This document shows positions 1 through 11,700 of a stretch of DNA of 64,000 nt, one piece after another. The stretch covers positions 10,669,917 through 10,733,916 of the forward strand of contig CM082592.2 of the NCBI GenBank assembly GCA_040954595.2, read 5' to 3'. The position numbers and the translations under genes were made by a program. The stretch comes from Balanoglossus misakiensis. Lineage: Eukaryota > Animalia > Hemichordata. Below the pieces are notes generated by a model, which saw only the letters and a list, made by a program, of their open reading frames with translations, ran no database searches and was not told the DNA's origin. Position 1 is the stretch's first letter, and each line of letters begins with the position of its first letter.

Positions 1-140
1 TCAATACTTCACCCCAAGTTCCCTCTATAGAGGTCCAACTTCACCACAGAAAACATTAGATTTGGACCAAACCATGGTGTTGTAAAGGGTAAGACAGCCA
101 CAGATCATACTATGAGATTCTCGACCTGATTTCTTCTTAC

Positions 141-2156
141 ATTTTCAAAACTCTGTCCCACACAAGATGCCTTGAAATCTGCATGCCGATTGTACAACAT
201 TCTGTTCAGTTTCACTTCCTTGGCCCTTTCCTCACGTGTCATCTGTTTTGATACGTGCTGTATTGTGAATTCATACGCATCTCTCTTGGACGAGTCGGTC
301 ACCACGATGTACGGCGGTCTGTGACGATTGAAGTCAGGCTTCACACTGATCACACCATTGATGTCAACCTGTAAAACAGAGGAGAAAATCAGTTTGATCT
401 ATAGTCTCCTCAGTAAATTATACCTCATCTATTGTTGAACAAGTACCCCCTCCAGATCACAAACTGGAGAACCATGATATGCATGTAGTGAATGTCTTAC
501 CTTGACTGTACAAAGGACATATTCATCTGAAATGTCTGAGATTCTGTAACAAGAATAGATTCGATATTACTCCTTTGAATTTAACTCTTTCAATGCTAGG
601 AAATTTCTTTGAAAAATACAACTTCTCATTTTCTCAACTGTAAGGTTGACCCATCAGAAGAGAGATGGGGTAAAGGGGTTGACATTTCCTGATAACACTC
701 ACTGTGATCCAGGTGAGGTCAGATCAGCCATGATATGCATGACTTGGCAAGGTGTGTTGGTGATATGTGTACGCAGTTTGAATTCTTCTGATGGATTGTC
801 GATAATTGGACTCATCTTTGCCAGCATTGCATTGTCTCTGGTAAAAAGATTTCAAGGAAGAAAAAAATATTAGAACCATAATTTCAAATCTTGAAACAAT
901 CTTCAGATCTAAAGGACAATGTACAAGTATAGCTTGTGGCCACTTACCCCTCTCTTGTGCGTCTGTCTTGCACTCTTCGCTGTCTCACAGTTTGTACTCT
1001 CTGAGCGAGCCAGGTGGGTTTCTCATTTGGAGAAGTGGTCATCAATTTGGTTTCCTGAAGAGTAAAATGTTTGCAGAATGAAACTTTTGATAAGATTACC
1101 ATAATCCTTCCCCTTCCCCATCTCTCTGATAAGGATACAGACAAAAAGAAATTGCTTGAGATCTTACCTCATCTAAAGCAGTAAATCTATCATGATCCAC
1201 ATACGAAAACAATCTCCTTGTTGGCCGTTCCCCTTTCTCCAAAAGTTTATGGATATCATCGTAATATTTGTAATCTAGAGGACTGAAACAGTTGGCTTCT
1301 TCTGAGTACAATTCCGTCTCACGTTTACTGAAGACTTTTTCTTGCCATCCGAAGGTGTACACCTCTGTTTCATCCTGTGGATTTGCTGTACAGGAATTGT
1401 AAAGGCAGAAGATATTACTCTTAAATTTCTGATTGAAGCATGCAAACCATGACTTGTGTCTCTGTCATTTGAAGATTATAGTCTCCATCACAGTTTTAAC
1501 AGAAATGGATTTATTTGCAAGTTACTTACCCTGTTGTGCTGTCAAATCCTGAACACGACTTCCATCGCCACTCTGAAAACTCAGTGCTGTTGGAACTATG
1601 CTTGATGAAGTAACAGACTTTAGCGTAACCCTTTTGAGAGAAAAAAATCAGGCCACTATCAGCGTTGTTCAGTGATGCGCCAGAGATACACCTGACTGTG
1701 TGTGATCTACTTGTATGATGCATGGTGGTTATTTACATGTACCAAGGACCATGGACAGACCAACCCAACCACGATCATTCAAGTCTCTTATAGGGTTAAA
1801 AGCGATCCCCTGCACCTGGGGTGCGATACACCAACATACAAGTCATTACAGTACTTTGCTGGAGTTCAGTAGCTCAAGTCTTTGCCTCTAGCTACTGAAC
1901 TGCAGCTATGCAGCACTGCGCTTCGGAAGTAGTCATGGTAATAGATGCCAGTGAAATCGACATGGCCGCTGATATGCATACGTGGAAAGTTTGCAGCGTT
2001 GAATCGCATGGCTGGGTGAAAATCTATGGAACTAGCTTCAGGTAATTTCATATATTATTTCTGACCAATCCGATCGACATACCTGAATTTTAAATTCTTT
2101 ATGGGATCAGTGCTTCGATAATGAGCGATACCGAAGTCCGACTCTGTGTCCGCCAT
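141..2156 (-). CDS. MKS1: Meckel syndrome type 1 protein (B9-domain ciliary transition-zone protein), 5' portion; gene runs off the left edge
   Basis: Seven GT-AG exons in frame: 2156-2083, 1630-1530, 1385-1168, 1054-948, 837-703, 543-501, 368-141. The translation MADTESDFGIAHYRSTDPIKNLKFRV...FGWQEKVFS...SPLDYKY...RRLFSYVDHDRF...PSEEFK...NTPCQVMHIMADL...YVLCTVKVDINGVISVKPDF matches recalled human MKS1 (YRSRDPVRNLRLRV, IGWQEKLFS, SPLDYQY, TMHIMADL, VLCTLKVDSNGVITVKPDF). Confidence 0.93.
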
Positions 2157-2596
2157 TTTGATCGCTTCAAAATATTTTGGCACGTACCATTTCCACGTCA
2201 CTGAGGGGTGGGCAGACTGTGCTAGAGGGAAGCCTCGAGGATGGGATGTCATTGCCCTATTTACGGTGCCAAACAATGTCAATTAAAAGTCAACCATAAA
2301 TTAAAATTACTCAAACTTGACCGAACGAAGACCTGAGTTCTGGTATGTAGTTGAGAAAATATAGGAGATATTATAATTATCAAAGTTAAGTTGACCCGAA
2401 CGTTTTGTTTTAATAATCGCATCAAACAGTTTGTGATAAAACAAATATTGCGGATGTTGTCAAATCATTATCAAATGCTATAAAACCTATTTTCGGCGCT
2501 CACTCCAACTGTATCAGTGTCCTCATATGTGTTTTTATTTGTTTATCGTGATCCAAACATTGAGGAAACGCAATGCGACAGTGTGATCGGTAGGGG

Positions 2597-2646
2597 AAGG
2601 TCATCCAGCGGTCACCGCCACCTGGCGGTGACCGCTCAATGACCTT
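2597..2646. promoter_or_regulatory. 50-bp imperfect palindrome with a CTCF-like motif at its centre
   Basis: AAGGTCAT-cc-AGCGGTCACCGCCA-cc-TGGCGGTGACCGCT-ca-ATGACCTT. The minus strand at 2616-2628 reads CCGCCAGGTGGCG, close to the CTCF consensus CCASYAGRKGGCR. Confidence 0.45.
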
Positions 2647-2948
2647 TCAGTGAAGGGCAAAGTCGCTCCCTCTTGACATGGTGTTGGTGTTGTTTCTTTC
2701 GATACAGATTTCGGTGTTATTTTGCTCTCTGAAATATGACCAATCACTCCAGGCATATAACACAATAAAATTGTCATTCAATGTTATGTCCATATACAAT
2801 GTACGCCTACAAAATACATTTTAGTGAGCAAAGTAACATACATTGTAAATAATTAATGAATTCAAAGAAACTAAAACACCAAACTAACCTACGTCAAATT
2901 TGGGCGACACCACCGCATAAAAGCTACCTTTTCACAGCTATATGTAGA

Positions 2949-2962
2949 ATTACCATGGTGAC
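2949..2962 (-). promoter_or_regulatory. Candidate RFX X-box about 0.8 kb upstream of MKS1
   Basis: Minus strand GTCACCATGGTAAT versus consensus GTNRCCATGGYAAC (1 mismatch). Ciliary transition-zone genes are typical RFX targets. Confidence 0.35.
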
Positions 2963-3045
2963 CGTGTGAGCACGAGTGACCTTGAGAGTATATATGAAAA
3001 TAGGACGCTGTTGACATCGACTGCAAAGCTAAAAACGCATTAATA

Positions 3046-4720
3046 TACGACACTAGGTGCGCTTTACACGCGTCTCCGACTACATACAGATCCCTCCACG
3101 CACAGCGCTTGTACAGAGTGAGGAAGTCCAACACGGCAACAAATGTTGCCATTTTGTTATCCTGAATAGTAAGCGACTCCATCCAGCTTAAATTTATTTT
3201 GGAAGTTTAAATACTTAGTTCAGCTTTACCGGACATATAGGACGAATTGACGTGTACGACACTAGGTGCGCTTTACACGCGTCTCCGACTACATACTGGT
3301 CCCTACACACTCAGCTCTTGTACAAAGTGAGAAAGTCCAACACGGCAACAAATGTTGCTATTTTGTTAGCCTGAATAGTAAGCGACTCCATCCAGCTTAA
3401 ATTTAGTTTTGAAGTTTAAATACTTAGTTCAGCTTTACCGGACATAGAGGACGAATTGACGTGTACGACACTAGGTGCGCTTTACACGCGTCTCCGACTA
3501 CATACTGGTCCCTACACACTCAGCGCTTGTACAAAGTGAGAAAGTCCAACACGGCAACAAATGTTGCCATTTTGTTATCCTGAATAGTAAGCGACTCCAT
3601 CCAGCTTAAATTTAGTTTTGAAGTCTAAATACTTAGTTCAGCCTTACCGGACATATAGGACGAATTGACGTGTACGACACTAGGTGCGCTTTACACGCGT
3701 CTCCGACTACATACAGGTCCCTACACACTCAGCTCTTGTACAGAGTGAGAAAGTCCAACACGGCAACAAATGTTGCCATTTTGTTATCCTGAATAGTAAG
3801 CGACTCCATCCAGCTTAAATTTATTTTGGAAGTCTAAATACTTAGTTCAGCTTTACCGGACATAGAAGACGAATTGACATGTACGACACTAGGTGCGCTT
3901 TACACGCGTCTCCGACTACATACTGGTCCTTACACACTCAGCTCTTGTACAGAGTGAGAAAGTCCAACACGGCAACAAATGTTGCCATTTTGTTATCCTG
4001 AATAGTAAGCGACTCCATCCAGCTTAAATTTAGTTTTGAAGTTTAAATACTTAGTTCAGCCTTACCGGACATATAGGACGCCTTGACGTGTACGACACTA
4101 GGTGCGCTTTACACGCGTCTCCGACTACATACAGGTCCCTACACACTCAGCTCTTGTACAGAGTGAGAAAGTCCAACACGGCAACAAATGTTGCCATTTT
4201 GTTATCCTGAATAGTAAGCGACTCCATCCAGCTTAAATTTATTTTGGAAGTTTAAATACTTAGTTCAGCTTTACCGGACATAGAAGACGAATTGGCATGT
4301 ACGACACTAGGTGCGCTTTACACGCGTCTCCGACTACATACTGGTCCTTACACACTCAGCTCTTGTACAGAGTGAGAAAGTCCAACACAGCAACAAATGT
4401 TGCCATTTTGTTAGCCTGAATAGTAAGCGACTCCATCCAGCTTAAAGTTAGTTTTGAACTCTAAATACTTAGTTCAGATTTGCCGGACATATAGGACGAA
4501 TTGACGTGTACGACACTAGGTGCGCTTTACACGCGTCTCCGACTACATACAGGTCCCTTCCACGCACAGCGCTTGTACAGAGTGAGAAAGTCCAACACGG
4601 CAACAAATGTTGCCATTTTGTTATCCTGAATAGTAAGCGACTCCATCCAGCTTAAATTTATTTTGGAAGTCTAAATACTTAGTTCAGCTTTACCGGACAT
4701 AGAGGACGAATTGACGTGTA
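3046..4720. repeat. Tandem array of 8 copies of a 209-bp unit
   Basis: The unit start TACGACACTAGGTGCGCTTTACACGCGTC recurs at 3046, 3255, 3464, 3673, 3882, 4091, 4300 and 4509. Copies differ by a few substitutions. Confidence 0.97.
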
Positions 4721-4787
4721 ATTAACAAAACACCTTATCAGATTTATCAAAAAGGGGAATTTATTTACTAGATAAAAATTTCAGTGG

Positions 4788-4927
<140 letters not shown>

Positions 4928-5899
4928 TTGATGATAAGAAACGGTGAGAGGATCTGGAGTGCTTCATGTCAATCCAAGTTTTGCAAAAAGTAGGCCAACT
5001 GTGTTCGGTCAACATGCAAGGAACACAAGACACGACAGAGGAAGGAACATATTTATTTATAGGCCTATGACAGACAATTGTTGTTCAAAAAGTGCAGTTT
5101 ACTTATACGCAATCATGTTGGTGTAACCCGGCGGCCTATATTTGGAGACAATGATGATGAAACAGCATTCCAATGTCTCACGATAGTATGGGTCACGTAA
5201 AGGGCAGTATTTATTCAGGGATGCCTCAGCTACTGTACCCACATCCGATCGTGACTTTACCTTGAGGTTTTGCTTGGTGTTTTACTTATAATATTTGGGG
5301 TTAGGCCTACATGAACGGCATAGGCCCAGCCCGACCCCCAAATGTGGGCCTATAGATCTAGTAAATCATTGTCGTTTCTGACTTACACGGTCTAAATCGC
5401 GTGTAACCAACAACACAAATACATGAAATGAACACGATAGGCCTACATCGGTTTCACGTGCTCGCAAACGCACCGGCCCTGCCCGATTCCTGGGTGATGC
5501 AACCCCTATTCGGACTGATTCCGGTTCGCTTATCTCATATTCATAATAAAAGCAGCCTTGACTGTAGTACGTCATCAGTAGTTTTACCCTAGTATTAGAA
5601 AGCCATTGAAATAATCGAGTAAAGTGCGTTGAACTTTCCCTTGTCTTCCTTTTCAGACAAGCGCCACCACATCAGGCGAGACATTGGCGTATATATCAGC
5701 CATCGAGCAACCACTGTTACAGAGGACGGTTTGTTTTCTTTCTAGCATGACCTATCGCGGTGAGTGAGGCGTCCACTGAAATCGTGGGCTCGATAGAAGC
5801 GACCAATTCGCGATAACAACAGACTTTGGTGGAGGAAGGGTGTTGCAAGACTCCCTAGCAAAATCTCCGCCTGGAGATCGCGAACGTGTACGAGTGTGC

Positions 5900-5986
5900 T
5901 GCTCTCTGACGTCACAACTTCCAAAATGGCGGCACGTAATTGAAACGAAGTGAATGATGGCGAGTAGACAACCAGACAGGTAAGCA
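5900..5986 (+). promoter_or_regulatory. Probable NCoR promoter / first exon (CRE, YY1 motif, splice donor)
   Basis: TGACGTCA at 5907-5914, CAAAATGGCGGC at 5922-5933 and donor CAG|GTAAGC at 5980/5981, in a CpG-rich stretch upstream of the NCoR coding exons. Confidence 0.5.
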
Positions 5987-8761
5987 ATACATTGATTTGA
6001 TTTGTCACGTTACACTCGCGTTTGTAGCGGACACTGATCTAATCACTCCAGCACTTCCGAGAGGTAGTTTGCGTTTAATATTTTGATATTTCACTGGCAA
6101 GGGTGACGTTGCTTATTTTTACGGTCGTCAACAAGCAAGCGCAAGCGCAAGTGAAAAAGGTCGCTGCTCCCGCGGAATGATTTACGCCATGACAAATAGG
6201 ATACGGTTGGAACACTATTAAAATTTGCCCAGCGGTCGAGATCGTGACTGTCTTATTGCAGTTTTCTACTTTATTTGCACGTGAAAACGGGGTTGAATGA
6301 TGCTTGCTTATTGACATTGTAAAACGTTGATCTTGGTCTTGCGCCTGGTTGTGGAGCGGAAACGCACTTTGATGTGTCGGCGTAGTGTCCTGTGGCGTCT
6401 GTAGGTGTAAGGTCATTGTGCGGTCACTGCCACGCCAAGTTGCGGGAACACCCCTGTCCAGTTTAGGGTATTATTACAACGACGCAACTCTCGTCGGACT
6501 ACAACTCGAAAATAAACTGATCTAAGCATAATTCAATAAAACGACATGCCCTACCAGGCGTCATACAATGTAGAACACATGTGACGCTTGAAAGGAGATC
6601 ATTAAAGGGTATCTTGAAACTGACATTCATGTATCACATGCACAGTGGTAATAAAAACGTTGCTACCCCATTCATGTGTAATATGTGTCATGTCACTGTG
6701 TGCTGAATTTCAGGAATAGCATGCATTATGTGTAATATGCAATGGCTTCTGTATCCTGAACAGCTCCATTATGATGCTGTAACCTAATGTAATTTCAGAT
6801 ACAGCCAAAAATTTTAATTTGTAACAAGATTGTGTTTGAATAAATTATGTTGCCTTAGTGCTTGAATTCATGTACATGTATATGTATAACATACATACAT
6901 ACAGTACAAGCTTGTAATGGTTTTGACAGCAGAAACTGAAATTTATTAAACTTGATGACCATGTTTTTGTGTGCTAATGTATAATATTAAATTAATACTG
7001 TCATCTGTGTATTATACTAAACAAGACCATTATGAAATTATGCAGTGTGGCATGTGTGTGTACTACTGTAATCAGTTCTATTACCCACACCCCTTTAGCA
7101 GGAGTGTAAGTTTTATGACAGCGTTTCTGTAAATACACAATTCTATTTGCACAAACCTGTCATAAAACTTATACATGTGTACACTATTTGAAATAGCTAT
7201 TATACAGGGCTGATTTCATGTACCTTTGAAATATAGATGTAATTTATCAATTTTCCATTTTTTGGTGTTTGAATTACATAGCTGATACAGGGGTGTGTCC
7301 CTTTTGGCCGCTTGCACATTCTGGTACTAAGGAATGTGAGTATTGCTAGGATCTGAAGGTCCTCTGTGAATGAGGGATCTGTTTAATGTAAATGAGAACA
7401 CATTGTATACATGTATTTTGTTATTTACATATGAATTTGATGTCAGCATGACCATCAGGGTTCATTTACTCTCAAAGAGTACATGATCTTCCAGACCTGA
7501 AAGTCTCCAAGATCGCTTCCACATGGAACTTTGGTGTGTCAGTGATATAACTATCAATAATTATTAAAAACCCAGCTTCGTTGCATTACCACTGAACAGA
7601 TTGTAAAAACACCCTGTTGTGTGAAATGGCTCATAATGGAGGATCATGCAGACTGACCTTTCATACCGTATGTTGTAGGGCATGATACATGTATTGATAG
7701 GAGGTGATGGTGTGTATGTTGCTGTGACCTGCAACACTTGTTGTTAAGTACATAGCACTTTAATAACAATGCGTGGATGGAATGCATATATTTTAGCTCA
7801 GCAGCTTGTATGTAGTGTTTGTAGGAAACCATTTACTGCAGTGACCTGATTATCTTCTGCACAAAACACCAGATGCCTCTCAGTTCTTTTTGTCAGTTTT
7901 AATGCAAGGCTCCACAAACTAGCAAGGCCAGCCCAGCCATATATCTTCTTTGTCAGTTGACCTGTGTTAGAAACCCAAATAGTCTGTCAGCTAAGACCAA
8001 AGTTCATCTTCCATGTCTCGACATATGACAAGGCGAAAAGTTCACGAAGTTCGACTTTCAGCCTAGATACAAACTGTGGGCTGATTATAATCATGAAATC
8101 AGTTGTCATGGTGCATTTTACGTGGCACTGTGCTGGGATCGGTGTCAATGACCGGACTTTTTCCAATCAACTCAAGCAGACCCCTAGGCAGTACTGGTGA
8201 TGAGGTTTCTTCCATTAGAAAAATATAGATTATTTTCGTGCAATTTTTTAGTACTACCATACACAGTACATCTTCAGCAGCAGTGTATAGAATTCGACAC
8301 GATAACTCCAGACTTCTTGCTGAAATATCAACAACATAATCATCTTTACATATAATATAGAAAATCCAGGGTGTTTAATCCAGGGATCTGGTCTTGTTAT
8401 TGGTTGCATAGAGGCGATTACAGAGGTTTCCCTGTTCAGATGTTGTGTATTGAAAGTGGAATTCATTATTCAGTCCACCAAGTTGCAATGTACTCCTTAC
8501 CTTCAGTTCTGTATCAAAGTGAACTGCTAGTTGTGAATTGAATTGAATAGAATACACGTACACGGTAGCATTGACTGCTAAAGTAATTGCCAGGACTTGT
8601 GGGTATTGGAACTCATATTTTCAATGGCCTTGCAGTAGAGTGATCTCGCTAATGGGAACACTGCTGTGAGTACATGTGACTATTGTTGCTTCAAGTACTT
8701 CGGCCAAACCTGTGCAGTATACAGTTACAGTTACTGATCAGTGATCCCGTAATCCAAATCG

Positions 8762-11700
8762 ATGGCTTTTTTTCTTGGACACCTTCAATTTAACAGCGGT
8801 CTGAACAGGAAGACTCATTTCGTAAGGTAGGTGATGAACATAAAATACACTTACTGGCTCCATACAGATTGCAGAAAACAAAAATTAAAAATAAGTTCTC
8901 TTATGTTTTTTTCACAGACCACCAAGTGGTCATTCAAGAGACGCTTTGTCACCATATGGGAAGAGGCCAAGACCCCAAAGCCCACAGAATCCAAGGGAGA
9001 ATGCTGCCAGTACTGGTTACATGTATGCTGGACAGGAACAGGCGCACAGATACCCAGTGACAACTGCACATTATATGTACCCACCTCACCAATCACATCA
9101 GCAGGTATGTTCTGAAAAAGAAATCTGTTTTCATTCAAGATGACACATCTTTCAAGATGCTATTGCTCTAAAATGATATGCATGAAAACTGCCCATTTCA
9201 TGTTGAAAATACAAGTCTAGATTTTGGGTGGGTGTTTTCAGGGGGTGGGGTAGGGAGTGATGATTCTGTCGTACCAATCGGAGTTGCATCTCGTGTCAAG
9301 GAAAAAGACTTTTTTCTAAGAATGTTCCAGGCATTCTTAAGATAAGTTTGTGCGCCTGATTGGCTCCATGTCAACCTCATGAACCTTAGCGTCGTATCAA
9401 AAGGTTGTGGTTTGCAGCTGGATTGAATTCTCCGCAGATTGGCAGCCATATTTGGTTAATAAATGTCACCAGGAATGATATGAAACAAGGCATGCCATGA
9501 TGCAATGTCAATTATACGCACTGCTTTCAGTTTTCAGAGGCTGTCTGCTTTCCTCATCATGGAATTACCCAGATAAGAACTTATTTATAGGAACATGTAC
9601 AGCTGACACATGGTGTGATTTTATAGCCATGTGTCTAATGGGAGCGTTGACTTCCTTTCTTGACAGAATTATGTCACCAGATATGTATTAAAGCTGTTTC
9701 CAGGTCACCAAAGATTCTGAATGATGTAAAACATAAAAATGATATAATATCTGTTCTTCTGTATTGCTTCACAAAACCAAGGATTAAGTCCGGACTATGT
9801 GCTAGTCAAATTTTGCGAAAGGTGGACGACATTTTATGTGTCTTTGGGTAGAATTGAAGAAACCCGAGAAGCAGTTAATTAAAACTGGCCTCTGCTGGCA
9901 GGGGATCTGTGACATAACTGTTCTACTACATAGCATGATCTGATACACAGTAATTTGGAATTTTGTGAGCGTGGTGCAAGGTATCATGGGAAGAGACAGC
10001 ACTGAACATTCAGAGGAGTAATTTCTAGAGTGTTCCAAGTTCATCCTTTTGTGTCTTAGATGCTGGTGTCGTTATCTTCCCTCAGGAGAAATGGGCATCG
10101 TGCTTTCTAGCTCAGTGTGATTAAAATTTGATCTCTAGATTTTGTTTGGTCGACGCTACATGTTTACTATTCCAGTGAATCTTATGCCTTTGGGCTTTTC
10201 TCGTTGTAGTGAGGTTGGGATTAAATGAACAGAAAATGTAATCAGAAAATGGTAAACTGAAGCAAGGAGCCCAAATCAAGACAATCCCTAAAGCGTCTGA
10301 TTTTGACTTGCGTAGCAAAGTAGATTAAAGATGAAGAAAGAAAATGCTTGAGTTCATCTATGGTGTTTGGCAAGCCATCTGGTACTCCTGTTGTTTCCCA
10401 TTCTTTGCCATGTAAATCAGAAACACGAAACATATTGAAGCAACGTGTCATATACATTGTTTGTCTGCTTTTCATTCCTCCAATACCCGAGCACAGTGTT
10501 AAAAACAGGTCAGGTCACTCTTTCATGCAGTCTGGTATTTAATATGAAATGGGGTCACTTAAAAAGTCTGTGTAAATATAAAGGGCAGTGGCACCCTACT
10601 TTTGGGGGTAAAGATATAGAAGGTAATTAGCATTCCTGTTGTCGACGCTTTTGTCAAGCAGTCGCAAAATCCACTACATGTTTTGTGGATTGCATTGAAA
10701 TTCAGTTCTTTTCTTCCTGTGAGTTGTGGAAGAACTGGTTCTACTCTCAGTGGTTGTTCCACCAATAATCTAGATTAAAAGGCAACTTCCTGACTGAGAT
10801 GGAAGTATTCCCAATCTCTCTGCCCTGAGTATTTTTTATTAGTTGAAAATTGAAATGAAAGTAATTATGCGAGTTGAACCAACGAACGAGTGTTACGCTT
10901 GTGGTACAAGTAACACGTGGCAACAGCAATACTTGACCTAAGTGACCTAGAAACAGGGACAGTAATCAAACCATTCATATGGGAAGTGTCTATTTTTACA
11001 TTGTTATACCAGCAGACTGAGCGGTTGTAAATATATAGAACTACATTGTTTTGTCTCTACTTGTTTGTGTATCTCAAAGTGTGTCACATTGTAAAAATTG
11101 ACGGCTTGCATAGAATCAAGGACTGTGTGTTACTATGCAGAAATTCTGTGTGACCTGTTGGGTACATGTGTACGTGGTAAATGTACAAAATGTAGGTCTA
11201 TCCTGATTAGGTTAAACTACAGTGATGAATGTACATTGTATTCAAATTGAGGTCAGCGTACTTTTCTGCATGGCGGGCTACTTGACGCTATAGATAAGAC
11301 ATTGAGAGTGAACTTGAATGATTCAGACTGAGTACTTCACTGTACATTATATTGGAAATGGCGATGTGATCAAAAAGTGTATCATCAATGATCTGATCAG
11401 TATCATTTTTCGGTGATATGAATCTGTCGGTTTGTTATAAAAACACTGTTGCAGATTTATTCTCTGAAATCTGCTCTGAATTCCCAACTTTACTCATCAT
11501 GCATACGGAAAGGCAGAGAGATGAATTGCGTTTGATGTGGATGGGGGATCTGGAAATGCGTACATGTACATTAGCAGTTGGACATTTTGCTTTGAGTGAC
11601 AGACAGATTATCTCCGCACACAACATCGTTTTGCAATTTCTCTAATTCACTTTTCTTGTTCACATCATTATTCCATTAAAACTCGGTGCCCAGTGAATTG

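Noticed and set aside
3046-4720. CRISPR-like array interpretation of the 209-bp (or 87-bp) repeats
   Set aside because: The units are repeated in full with no unique spacers, there are no cas genes, and the context is spliceosomal eukaryotic.
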